Notes under the pieces: model-generated | Seen by the model: the letters and a program-made list of their open reading frames with translations, nothing else | The model's database searches: none | What the model was told of the DNA's origin: nothing | Assembly (NCBI GenBank): GCA_964236955.1 | Contig: CAXSGP010000010.1 | Location: forward strand, 1 to 64,000 | Origin: an uncultured Oligoflexus sp. | GTDB taxonomy: Bacteria > Bdellovibrionota_B > Oligoflexia > Oligoflexales > Oligoflexaceae | Length of the DNA stretch: 64,000 nt | Direction: 5' to 3' | Made by a program: the position numbers and the translations under genes | Part shown: piece after piece, positions 20,181-29,731 of the stretch | How positions within the stretch are numbered: the stretch's first letter is position 1 | Layout of the letters: each line of letters starts with the position of its first letter

Positions 20181-23114
20181 ATGGCATGCATGGCAGCGAC
20201 AGTTTCCCTTCTCCTAAGCGCCGTGCAGCGGCTGGGATGGGCGCTTATTATCCTGATCTTGGCCTGCTCCTCCCAAGCCTTGGCGCGCCCTTGGGTCCTT
20301 CGTTCCAAATCCGGCCCTCTGCAAGCTTTCGCTGCTGATCTCCACAGCCGCTTTCCCGAGCTGCGCAATGAAGCGGACCTTGAGAACCTGATCACACTTT
20401 TTACCGAGTCAAATTCTCTATCCTATCTCAGCGCTTCTCTCGAAAATGACACGGTCATCCTCGAAGCGGAAGCGGCCAACATCATTCAAGCCCTCCCTAT
20501 CAAGACCCTGACCCGCGCCGTTCGATTTGAAATGGAAAGCAAGGTTGGCAAATACATTGGGCAAACCGATTCAGAAGAATTGCATCGGCAGATTTCCGAC
20601 GAAATCCTTGCTGATCTTAAAAGCCGCGGATTTTTTCAGACTCGTTTGAAATTTGTAGCGAAATCGAGCGAAATCGGCATCGCCTATGATCTCATCGTCG
20701 ATGAGGGGCAGCCCTGCAAGGTGTCGCGTATCGACAGCGATTTTAAACTTCCCTATCGCATCATAAGCCCCTTTCCGGTGGGAATGGATTGCAACATAAG
20801 CGAGATCCGTACCATCATGTCTGAACTTGAAAGCGCCCTCGTTTCCGCCGGCTATAATCTCCAGCGCATTCAGACTCCCCAATTGATCTATGACCAGGCG
20901 AGCAACACGGCTGTTCTTAAGATCGAAGGCAGCCTCGGTAAAAAAGTTCGGTACAAAATATTTTCCGCCATCAAATCACCCGGTGTCCTATCGATCATGT
21001 TCGGCGATAGTCTCAACACCCTTGATGCAAGCATCACCGATCCCGATGCCATGGCTTCGGAGCTTACCCGCAAATATCAGGCCCAGGGTTACGACGACGT
21101 CGAGATTTCGCGACCCCATATCGTTAATCCCGACCCAGAAACCACGGAATATCAATTTACGATTACCCCTGGACCCGAGTATCGCATTGTTGATGTTCAG
21201 TATGAAGGCTTGCAGGCGATGACCCCCGACGAGGCCAGCGATGCGATCGACATGAAGGCCAGCATCGGCAATGCTCCAATCTTCTCTCAGGATCTGGTGA
21301 TCGCAGCTCGGGAGCACCTGATCAGCATCTATAGACAAATGGGTTATTGGGACGTCGGCATATTTGATCCGCGCATTATCAAAAATCCCAGCAACGGCGA
21401 AGTGAAGCTGGTCTTTGTGATCCGCGAGGGTAAAAAGCGGATCTTTGAAAAGCTTATTATATCGGGAAATACGGCGATTCCAACGCGGGCCATTGAAGAC
21501 CTTATCACCATGGAAAAGAACCAGGGGCTCAACCGCCAGTCGCTGGTCAATTTTGAAAAGCAGCTGCGCAACCTCTACCGGCAGCAGGGTTATCTTCACC
21601 TGCAAATCGCGGTGGATCTTCAGCAAAACCGCCAACTTCGGGACGTCGAAACCCGAGTCATCATTCAAATCCACGAAAACCAGAAGAGTCGGTTCGGCGA
21701 AGTCTTCATCAAAGGCCTGGTCAAGACTCATCCTAAAGTCGTTCAACGCGAAATGCGTTTTAAGGCCGGTGATTACTTTGATCCCGACCTCGTCGAGGAA
21801 AGTCGCCAGGCGCTTGCCGACGTCGGTCTCTTCAGTTCGATCAGCATGGTTCCCACCGAATCCAAAGGTAAGGACTCGATCATTTCCTATTCCATCCAGG
21901 TGCGCGAAGCCCGCTCGGGCAATGTTAGCTTCGGCCCGGGCTGGAGTCGGTCGGAAGGCCTTCGTTTCTCAATAGAATCCTCCTACAACAACATAGGCGG
22001 CGTAGGCCGAAAGGTCTTTTCCAAAGGTACGCTCAACGAGGAGCGGGATCAGACGCCACTCGGAGGCAAGACGCTGCTTGGTCGCTATGCCGGTGTTGGA
22101 TATTTTGAACCTTGGCTTTTCGATCTACCGATCGATGGCACTCTGGCCTTCAACTACAAAGCCGAAGCGCGCGAAAACATTTGGGAACTCAGTCGTTCGG
22201 CGGAAGCGGTCGTGAGTCACCGCGTGCGCAAATTAAAGCCGAAAACTCTAATCGAAGGCTTCACCCTTTACAAGGAAGCCCGCGAGGAAGCCGAGGGCTC
22301 CGTTAAGGATGCGACCCTGATCGACTCGGGAAATCTTCAGATTCGGGAGATCGGCGTTCGCCATGTGACCGATGGCCGAAACAACCTGGCCTGGCCAACC
22401 ACCGGCTATCGCGTCACGACTGATCTCAGCACTGCGGGCTTTGTTTTTGGTGGAGGCGTTCGCTATGTCCATTGGGGTTTGGGCTTTAACCTCTATCGCG
22501 AAGTCGTGACCAATATTGTAATCGCTGCGGGGTTTAACTATTCAACCTATGAAAACGTCAAACGCCTCGATGGTTCCGATGTTCTGCCTATCAGCGAGAG
22601 GCTTCCTGCCGGCGGGCCGGAAAGCAACCGAGGGTACAAAGAAAACACCCTCGGTCCGGTGTTCATAGCCGCCGATGGCAAACAGCATTATAACGGAGGA
22701 TCACAACGGGGCTCGCATCGTCTCGAATTGCGCTATCAGTTGGTGCCCGAGACGGTCGCGCTAACGACCTTTATCGATAGCAGCAACAGCTCCTTCTCAG
22801 CAAAAGAAGAAGCGCGCATTCGCCAGGAGCATGCGGCAGTTGCCGGCGAGGTCAAACCGATCTTTGCCGATAATGAACCCTATAGGTTTGAAGAGATATT
22901 CACTCATCCCAGTTATATGTGGACGAAGAATTACGTCTCCTATGGAGTCGCCGGCAACTATCTCACACCGCTAGGTTCCGTTAACCTGTCATTCGGCTGG
23001 CCCTGGAGGCGTTGCCTGAATAACCAGGAAAACTGCCTTTATCCTCGCGGTACCAGCAATTACCGCAATCTGCAGGGAGCCGTCGTCAGTTTGAATATTG
23101 GCGCCAACTTCTGA
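20181..23114 (+). CDS. tamA: Omp85-family (TamA/BamA-like) outer-membrane assembly protein with POTRA domains
   Basis: Repeated POTRA patterns (I.GN..I; Y...GY), RGY motif (ESNRGYKE), TPLG strand and C-terminal Phe; adjacent to tamB. Confidence 0.85.
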   Translation: MACMAATVSLLLSAVQRLGWALIILILACSSQALARPWVLRSKSGPLQAFAADLHSRFPELRNEADLENLITLFTESNSLSYLSASLENDTVILEAEAANIIQALPIKTLTRAVRFEMESKVGKYIGQTDSEELHRQISDEILADLKSRGFFQTRLKFVAKSSEIGIAYDLIVDEGQPCKVSRIDSDFKLPYRIISPFPVGMDCNISEIRTIMSELESALVSAGYNLQRIQTPQLIYDQASNTAVLKIEGSLGKKVRYKIFSAIKSPGVLSIMFGDSLNTLDASITDPDAMASELTRKYQAQGYDDVEISRPHIVNPDPETTEYQFTITPGPEYRIVDVQYEGLQAMTPDEASDAIDMKASIGNAPIFSQDLVIAAREHLISIYRQMGYWDVGIFDPRIIKNPSNGEVKLVFVIREGKKRIFEKLIISGNTAIPTRAIEDLITMEKNQGLNRQSLVNFEKQLRNLYRQQGYLHLQIAVDLQQNRQLRDVETRVIIQIHENQKSRFGEVFIKGLVKTHPKVVQREMRFKAGDYFDPDLVEESRQALADVGLFSSISMVPTESKGKDSIISYSIQVREARSGNVSFGPGWSRSEGLRFSIESSYNNIGGVGRKVFSKGTLNEERDQTPLGGKTLLGRYAGVGYFEPWLFDLPIDGTLAFNYKAEARENIWELSRSAEAVVSHRVRKLKPKTLIEGFTLYKEAREEAEGSVKDATLIDSGNLQIREIGVRHVTDGRNNLAWPTTGYRVTTDLSTAGFVFGGGVRYVHWGLGFNLYREVVTNIVIAAGFNYSTYENVKRLDGSDVLPISERLPAGGPESNRGYKENTLGPVFIAADGKQHYNGGSQRGSHRLELRYQLVPETVALTTFIDSSNSSFSAKEEARIRQEHAAVAGEVKPIFADNEPYRFEEIFTHPSYMWTKNYVSYGVAGNYLTPLGSVNLSFGWPWRRCLNNQENCLYPRGTSNYRNLQGAVVSLNIGANF

Positions 23115-23372
23115 AAGATGCGCCCGCCCTAAGGCGGCAGCCCCCCCGCTCCGTTCCCCCAACACCCGTATTTATTTGTGCCTTATATGAATCGACAGTA
23201 GTGCATAGGGCTTTCGGCTTGCAAGTTATAAGATTTGGAATTTCTCTCATCGAAATCGTCTATCTTTACGTTGAAAACCGCGTAGGAATAAGCTTCAACC
23301 CTATCTTTCGCCGATTTCCCACCCATGGATTTCATGATCTTATTGAATGCGATATTTGATCACTGTGAGCAC

Positions 23373-24353
23373 TCACCAGCTCTTTGCATCCCAGGTAAAG
23401 ACCGAAGCGCTGCTGGCCCCCTCGCTCTCTCGCAGTGCCAGCCAAAAATTATTATCGTCATCTACAAATATTCCTTGGGCGTTTTCCAAGCTCTTGGGCA
23501 AGGTGTAGGCATCTTTTGCCGATAGTCGAAGACAGGAGCTGCCGGCAAGGCGAACGATTTTTTGCCTGGAACGCATGAGCAGAAGGATCTCCTGCGCTTT
23601 GGGATCAAGGCTGAGACTGTTGACGGCTTCGATATCGCTTGTTTTTAAGCCCCGCACAAAGCAGGCCCGCTGAACCTGACATACCTTGAAATTTTGCAGG
23701 TCGCACTTCACTGTCATAAGTGGATTGCGACCGACGCGCAGCCAAAGCACAAACTGGCTGCCGTCACTGTCCTTCCAACGTCTGGGAATGGCGGTGATCC
23801 CAGCGATGAGATCGGGATTAAATTTCTCTTTGACCAGAACTTTGGTCAACTCCGCCCGAAGCGTAGCCACCTCGGCCCGGGTCGGCTCCCCCTGACGGTC
23901 TCTCGGCGGCCGGGGAATATCGAGGATAAGGTCGGCGGGCATCTGCCAGGCTTTAAAGGCGTCATCCCACACCAAAAATTGCCGGCTCATGACATCGAGA
24001 AATGCCCAGTGCCCACCCACATGCAAAGCGGATCGTATCCTTCGTCCCTTATCTTTCGGTTCGAACGAGATCCGTTCACTGCCCTCATAGGGATTGTGCA
24101 AAGAACCAAATCCAAGGTCTTGTTCCTTGGCCTCTGGGTGGTAAGTTGAGCGAAGATAAAAGGGGGCTTCCCCAGGAAAGCTCAGGACGGTCGGCCCCTC
24201 CCGAAATATCCCATAGAGAGACGACTCGATCGTGATCTGAGAGTGTTTTACCTTGGCCAGATCGAAGATTTTTTCCTGATTCTTGGCAATGAGGCCAAGG
24301 CTGCCCGTGAAAAAAGAAAATAGAATAGCGAAAATTGTGACGCTTATTTTCAT
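23373..24353 (-). CDS. Secreted hypothetical protein, possibly beta-propeller-like
   Basis: 326-aa ORF with a signal peptide and propeller-like strands (SLSLDP, QGIFVDDDNNFW); GGAAG RBS. Confidence 0.7.
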   Translation of the reverse strand: MKISVTIFAILFSFFTGSLGLIAKNQEKIFDLAKVKHSQITIESSLYGIFREGPTVLSFPGEAPFYLRSTYHPEAKEQDLGFGSLHNPYEGSERISFEPKDKGRRIRSALHVGGHWAFLDVMSRQFLVWDDAFKAWQMPADLILDIPRPPRDRQGEPTRAEVATLRAELTKVLVKEKFNPDLIAGITAIPRRWKDSDGSQFVLWLRVGRNPLMTVKCDLQNFKVCQVQRACFVRGLKTSDIEAVNSLSLDPKAQEILLLMRSRQKIVRLAGSSCLRLSAKDAYTLPKSLENAQGIFVDDDNNFWLALRESEGASSASVFTWDAKSW

Positions 24354-24458
24354 CCCATACTTCCTTTACCCGGGCAAGTTTATCGCTGTCTTTCATGTTA
24401 GAATGAATGGAAATGCCTTCCACTAATCCTCTCGGAGCTGATCGGAGCATAGATTCGT

Positions 24459-26951
24459 ATGCCAGAATCCCAAGCGATAAATGATTATCTCATGAATCAA
24501 CATTCGACTGAGCGTCTTCAAATCTTACACAATATGCGTAAGAAAGAAGAATGGTTTCCCATATCACTTTGTTCGGACCTCCTGCGTTTAAAACTTCATC
24601 ACGAAGAACACATCGCTATCCTCCATGCGACCCAAGGCAAACAGCGCCTGGTGTTCGAGGATTACATTACAAGTCAGATCGGAGGCTGGGATCAAAACCT
24701 CGCCGCTGCGGCCCTATGGGAATGGGCGACGCGCAGCGACTGCATCATGTGGCATCGGACTTTGCCGCTGAGCACCTCCACGCTTTCGACTCAACGGATC
24801 CGCTATACCCTTGCCGACCTCGCCTGGTATGGGGGCGGCTATGCCCTTATTCATTATCTGGTCAACACCGAAGGTATGGAGGAGATGTCGGTTGCCTATC
24901 ACGCTCTCCTTTGTTTTAGAGCCCTGCAGTTCGATATCCGTTCGGATCGATTGATCAAACTTGCCAAAGACTCCTTTACCCATGACGCGGCTCATCCGAC
25001 TTTTGCGCCTGAAAAGACCATGCCCTATTATCTGGCCTATCTCTATCGATACGAATCCGCGTGGTTGAAGGACCAGAATATTCATCAGGGTCTGGCTTCC
25101 ATCTGGACCCAGTTTTCCAAAAGTCTTATCGACGGTAAGACGATCGACAGGGATCTCAGATCCTTGCTCAGTCTTCGTGATAGAGACTTTAAAAAAACTG
25201 ATCAAAAAGCCTTCATGCGCCATTGGCCCAGCGTCTGGGACCGTCATCTGCTGACGATTGAGCACCTTAGCTTTGCCTTCAAAATCATCGCCGAGCAGCC
25301 GTGGCCAGAGGTTCAGCAGTGGGAATTCATCGCCGGTATTCCCCAGACGACTCTGATCGAGACGCTGCAAAGCATTGAGGAACCGCATGTTTTTATTCTC
25401 GCTTTGAACATGGCTGGCAGCTTCCTCGATATCGAAAAACAAAATCCATTCGTCGATAAGCTGCGCACCATCGTGCAGAAGGCCGCTGATCCATCGGCCT
25501 TATTGTCAACCGTTTTGCCTCGCTATTCCGCACTTTTAAATACCAGCGGCAACAGCAGTCGGTTTTCCAAGATCTTTCAGGAACGGGAGGCGATGATCAA
25601 GGCCTTCCGCAATGGCGAAAAGTCCGAGATTCTAGGGCTGGGCATCTGGGAAAAAGAAATCACGGCGGACGAAGTCAATCGGCAGAACTTTTTTGCGATG
25701 GCTTACAACGGCAAAAAAATCGAAGAAGTCAAAGGCCATGATTTTTGGGCTGTCCTGATCCATAGTTGGTTGAAACCAAGCCCGGATAAAATCGACAGCC
25801 TGGCGTTGCTCGCCCGGCAGGAGCCTCATCTCTTTCATCTCTGTTTTATCGACACCCTTAGCCGATTTAAGGGAGCCGACAACGCAGCCCTTAAGCTTCT
25901 CGACTATATTCGCAGCAAGGAAGAGCCGGTCCTTCGCAGCGTCGTCTTTGCTCTCCAGGGGATCGGTACGGTTCGGGCTTCCCAGGAACTCGTGGCGTTC
26001 CTTACCAGGCCCAATATCAATGTCATGCTGCAGCTTGAAATCGCTCAGATCCTGAAGGATCACGACGTCAGTCATCTGCAGGCGGAGCTTCGCTCGGCAT
26101 TGAACGATCTTCATTTTAGAACCATGACCGACAGCCTGCATATTGGTCTACACGATGCGATCACCAGTTTGCTTCTTATCGAGGAACCAAACAAGGTGAG
26201 CCGGGACATCGACAATAGCTCGGCGCCATCAACCGCCGATCTCGACGGCCTGCTGGAAAAGAAGATCAATCGCTACCAGGAACTTTCGAGTGAGGTGAAG
26301 CGTGCGCTGCGAACGGCCCAGTTCTTCCATATTCAGGTGGAAAAGGTCAAAGACCGTCTGGAAACGATCGATCTGTCGCCGACGATAGACATGCAGTATA
26401 AAGCTCTGGAAATCTGCTTCCGCGAAAAATTTGAGGACGCTGCCGGCGAGCTGATACGGAAGGGCACCCTGCAGCGCAAGCTCGACGTCATCGGCTACGC
26501 CCGTCCTATCATGCAGGCGATGGATGATTTTGAGATGTACATTGAAAGCCTGCCCATTGTGAACACGATACCCTTCTTTAGCCGATTCAAGCTGCGGAAA
26601 ATGCTACGGGCGATTTGCCAGTACCGGCCCGGCAAACGATTCACTTTGGATGGGCTTAAGGCTTTTGCACTTTTCTTTATTTGTTTTTCGCGCAAAGATT
26701 GTCGATTCGGATTGGGTGGTCTGTTCACGATTTCCGACATGACCACCGAGCAGCTTCTCGTCTACTGTAAGGAACTGCATGTCTTCCAGGACTTCCGTAA
26801 CCGCGCTGCGCACGAAGGGTTTCACCCGGACGCCAGCAACAATCTCGATAGTATTTGGGAAAGCACGGCAGCGATCATTGAAGGCATGTTTGTGATAGCA
26901 GACGGACTTGATGCTTACCAGGCACCCAAAGTACTGCTGAAAAGCAGCTGA
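24459..26951 (+). CDS. HEAT-like repeat protein with a putative C-terminal HEPN domain
   Basis: 830-aa helical ORF; HEAT/PBS-like segment (LLDYIRSKEEPVLRSVVFALQGIG); DLSP...YKALE and RNRAAH (R780-H785) near the C-terminus. Confidence 0.7.
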   Translation: MPESQAINDYLMNQHSTERLQILHNMRKKEEWFPISLCSDLLRLKLHHEEHIAILHATQGKQRLVFEDYITSQIGGWDQNLAAAALWEWATRSDCIMWHRTLPLSTSTLSTQRIRYTLADLAWYGGGYALIHYLVNTEGMEEMSVAYHALLCFRALQFDIRSDRLIKLAKDSFTHDAAHPTFAPEKTMPYYLAYLYRYESAWLKDQNIHQGLASIWTQFSKSLIDGKTIDRDLRSLLSLRDRDFKKTDQKAFMRHWPSVWDRHLLTIEHLSFAFKIIAEQPWPEVQQWEFIAGIPQTTLIETLQSIEEPHVFILALNMAGSFLDIEKQNPFVDKLRTIVQKAADPSALLSTVLPRYSALLNTSGNSSRFSKIFQEREAMIKAFRNGEKSEILGLGIWEKEITADEVNRQNFFAMAYNGKKIEEVKGHDFWAVLIHSWLKPSPDKIDSLALLARQEPHLFHLCFIDTLSRFKGADNAALKLLDYIRSKEEPVLRSVVFALQGIGTVRASQELVAFLTRPNINVMLQLEIAQILKDHDVSHLQAELRSALNDLHFRTMTDSLHIGLHDAITSLLLIEEPNKVSRDIDNSSAPSTADLDGLLEKKINRYQELSSEVKRALRTAQFFHIQVEKVKDRLETIDLSPTIDMQYKALEICFREKFEDAAGELIRKGTLQRKLDVIGYARPIMQAMDDFEMYIESLPIVNTIPFFSRFKLRKMLRAICQYRPGKRFTLDGLKAFALFFICFSRKDCRFGLGGLFTISDMTTEQLLVYCKELHVFQDFRNRAAHEGFHPDASNNLDSIWESTAAIIEGMFVIADGLDAYQAPKVLLKSS

Positions 26952-26985
26952 AAGCTTACTTATTCAAACGCAAGGAACTGTTTCT

Positions 26986-27954
26986 ATGGCCACACAGCCA
27001 CATATTCTGTTTATTCTCGGCAATCCCAGCGATCAGACCTCCCTAAGCGATGCGCTGGGTGCTGACTATAGGCTTGAATTTAGCCTCAATCCGGAGCTGA
27101 CTCTGGATTTGGTTCGAGCCTCCAGGCCGAACATACTGATCCTTTGCTTTCAATCGGACCTGATCAGCCCTCTGGCGATTGCCCATATGCTGCGCGACGA
27201 ATCCACAGGAACCTACACGGGTCTCATCTACATATCCCAGCAGGAATCCAATGAATGGCTCGATCGTGCAATCATGGCGGGAGTCGATGTGTGTCTCCCC
27301 GAGGGCCGGACCCTCTTGCAAACGCAAGCGGCCATCGAAAGTGTCCTCAGGCTCTGTCAGGCCAAGGTCGAGGTGCAACTGCTGAACGAAAAAATGCATA
27401 AGGCCTATCAACGCCTGAAGAATCTATCCTTTACCGACGACCTCACCGGATTTGGCAGTCAGCTGTTTCTTACCAATCAACTGCGGGTCGAATTTAAACG
27501 CGCGCAGCGCTATCAAAAAAATCTGGTGCTCCTCATTGTGCGGATCGATAGCATCAAACCACTCGACACCATCGGCCCGGTGCAAGAGACCCTGCTGAGT
27601 AAAGTCGGTCAGACCATTGGCAATTCGGTGCGCTTTGAAATCGACTTTACCGGCCGTTCCCGCGATGCCGAATTTTTCGTGATTCTACCTGAGACTGAAC
27701 TTGATGGCGCGATCTCGGTTGCCGAGCGCCTCCGCAAGAAAGTTTCGAAACTGCATTTTGACATTAAAAACCAACCGCTCGCGGCCTCGGTGGGATTAGC
27801 CCATTTTGATGGCTATCGGGGCAATTTTGATACTTTTGAGGAATTTATGGAGACCGCCTACGTCGCCGTGAATGCCGCGCAAAAGCATGGTGGCAATCAA
27901 TACTGGGCCCTCGACACCTCGGCCGAAGAATTGCCGGAAGAGCACATCGCATAA
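26986..27954 (+). CDS. REC-GGDEF protein with a degenerate active site
   Basis: Receiver-like N-terminus lacking the acidic/phospho-Asp residues; TDDLTG; EFKRAQRY; GRSRDAEF in place of RxGGEEF; ASVGLA. Confidence 0.88.
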   Translation: MATQPHILFILGNPSDQTSLSDALGADYRLEFSLNPELTLDLVRASRPNILILCFQSDLISPLAIAHMLRDESTGTYTGLIYISQQESNEWLDRAIMAGVDVCLPEGRTLLQTQAAIESVLRLCQAKVEVQLLNEKMHKAYQRLKNLSFTDDLTGFGSQLFLTNQLRVEFKRAQRYQKNLVLLIVRIDSIKPLDTIGPVQETLLSKVGQTIGNSVRFEIDFTGRSRDAEFFVILPETELDGAISVAERLRKKVSKLHFDIKNQPLAASVGLAHFDGYRGNFDTFEEFMETAYVAVNAAQKHGGNQYWALDTSAEELPEEHIA

Positions 27955-28054
27955 ATTTCTGATCCTTTTTTTGTGCTTTGAAAGTGACTCCTCCCTTGCA
28001 AGTCGGCCCTGGGCTGGTTAATCTTTGACCATACAGCGTGGGGGTGTGCCAGCT

Positions 28055-28843
28055 ATGGCCAGTCGGTTTCGATCAGCAATTATCGACTTTTCTAAACTTT
28101 TTATAGTCCTCAGTCTTTCGCTAACACCAAGGCTCATGGCGCAGGATCCCGAGGATCCTCCGGGCGATCCCGAGACTGGAAGGACTACCGTTTCCGTTGG
28201 CGCGCGTACCGTATTTCCTCTTTACCTCGGTGCTGGCCTGCAGCTCCATGCCACCCCTCAATTGCGACTCGGCCTTGATATCGGTAAAACACCGGCTGCT
28301 TATGCTGAAGCGATAGGCAGCGCGGCGACGCATATGAAGGGCCAAAGCCAATATAAACCCACTCTCGTCGCCGCCTTTTCCAACAACAGTCTCTATCGCG
28401 TTTACCTTCGCTACTCATTCTCGCCCTTGGCCAGCCGAGGATGGGCCATAGAATTTGGTCTGAGCCAAATCAGTTCCAGAGGCGAGGAAAAGGTAAGTGA
28501 CATCGGTCGTGTCTCCGTTACCGGTCGGGACTATAAAGCGATTGAAAGCTCGATCAGCGCCCTTGGCTATCGGCCTTATGTAACGATGAAAACGAGAATG
28601 GTATGGGCCGATTTTATGGGAATGTATCAATGGGACCTGCCGCACAGCCTGCATGCCGCCATTGGGGCCGGCTTAGCACGCGTCACAGGAGCGGAGGTTG
28701 ATCTCAGTACCGAAATCCCGAGGTTCGACTCCTCTGCCACGGGTATGGCTCTGCTTGATCTGGCCGAATCCGATCTGAGTTCAGGAATCGAACGTTACGG
28801 CCTCAGCCCTGTACTCTCCCTCGACATCGCTTACGTCTTCTGA
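28055..28843 (+). CDS. Probable outer-membrane beta-barrel protein
   Basis: Signal peptide, amphipathic strands and C-terminal LDIAYVF beta-signal; start uncertain. Confidence 0.7.
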   Translation: MASRFRSAIIDFSKLFIVLSLSLTPRLMAQDPEDPPGDPETGRTTVSVGARTVFPLYLGAGLQLHATPQLRLGLDIGKTPAAYAEAIGSAATHMKGQSQYKPTLVAAFSNNSLYRVYLRYSFSPLASRGWAIEFGLSQISSRGEEKVSDIGRVSVTGRDYKAIESSISALGYRPYVTMKTRMVWADFMGMYQWDLPHSLHAAIGAGLARVTGAEVDLSTEIPRFDSSATGMALLDLAESDLSSGIERYGLSPVLSLDIAYVF

Positions 28844-28990
28844 GGAATCTTTTGCGCCTGCCATCGCTCGAATGCCGACTCGCCATCAACTCTTTTCAAC
28901 AGTGGCTCCAAAGTTGTCGTTCGGCAGCAAAAATGCTATCCCTCCTAAGTAATAAAGAGGGAATCTACTTTGGTAATCGAAGGAATTATT

Positions 28991-29719
28991 ATGGAACAAA
29001 AAGTAGCACTAGTGACCGGGTCCTCTCGTGGCATTGGCAAAGCGATCGCCCAATCGTTTAGTCAAAAAGGCTACCTCGTTGCTATTCATTTTCGCTCACA
29101 AGAAGCCCAGGCTCAGGAGCTCGCCCAGACCCTCCCCGGCTCTAGGATCTTTCAGGGTGACCTCGGTAATGAAGAGTCTTGCATTCAGCTTGCAAAAAAC
29201 GTCAAAGAGGCTTTTGGCCGCATCGATGTCCTGGTGAACAACGCCGGCATGAGCGTCGACCAATTGATCACTTTCGCGAAGCCGGCGGATTTTGATCAGA
29301 TTCTAAACGTCAATCTTAAGTCTGTCTTCAACCTCACCAAAGCCGTCTCGCGCTTCATGATCAAACAAAAGGGTGGATCGATCGTCAATCTTACTTCTGT
29401 CGTCGGTCATACCGGTAATGGCGGCCAAAGCATGTACGCTGCCTCCAAGGGCGCAATCACGGCCTTTACCAAAAGTATCGCGGTCGATCTCGCTTCGTTC
29501 GGTATCCGGGCGAATTGCGTCGCTCCTGGATTTATCAAAACGGATATGACCGAAGCCTTGACGGATGACGTGAAAGAAGGGATCGCCTCAAAAATCCCCT
29601 TGAAACGCCTCGGTACTCCTGAAGAGGTTGCCAACTGCGTGTGCTTCCTTGCTTCATCGGCAGCCTCTTACATCACGGGCTCAACCCTTCACGTCAACGG
29701 CGGCATGTACACGTCTTGA
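28991..29719 (+). CDS. fabG: 3-oxoacyl-ACP reductase
   Basis: TGSSRGIG, NNAG, YAASK and PGFIKTDMT motifs; AGGA RBS. Confidence 0.93.
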   Translation: MEQKVALVTGSSRGIGKAIAQSFSQKGYLVAIHFRSQEAQAQELAQTLPGSRIFQGDLGNEESCIQLAKNVKEAFGRIDVLVNNAGMSVDQLITFAKPADFDQILNVNLKSVFNLTKAVSRFMIKQKGGSIVNLTSVVGHTGNGGQSMYAASKGAITAFTKSIAVDLASFGIRANCVAPGFIKTDMTEALTDDVKEGIASKIPLKRLGTPEEVANCVCFLASSAASYITGSTLHVNGGMYTS

Positions 29720-29731
29720 AAGGTTAGGCAG

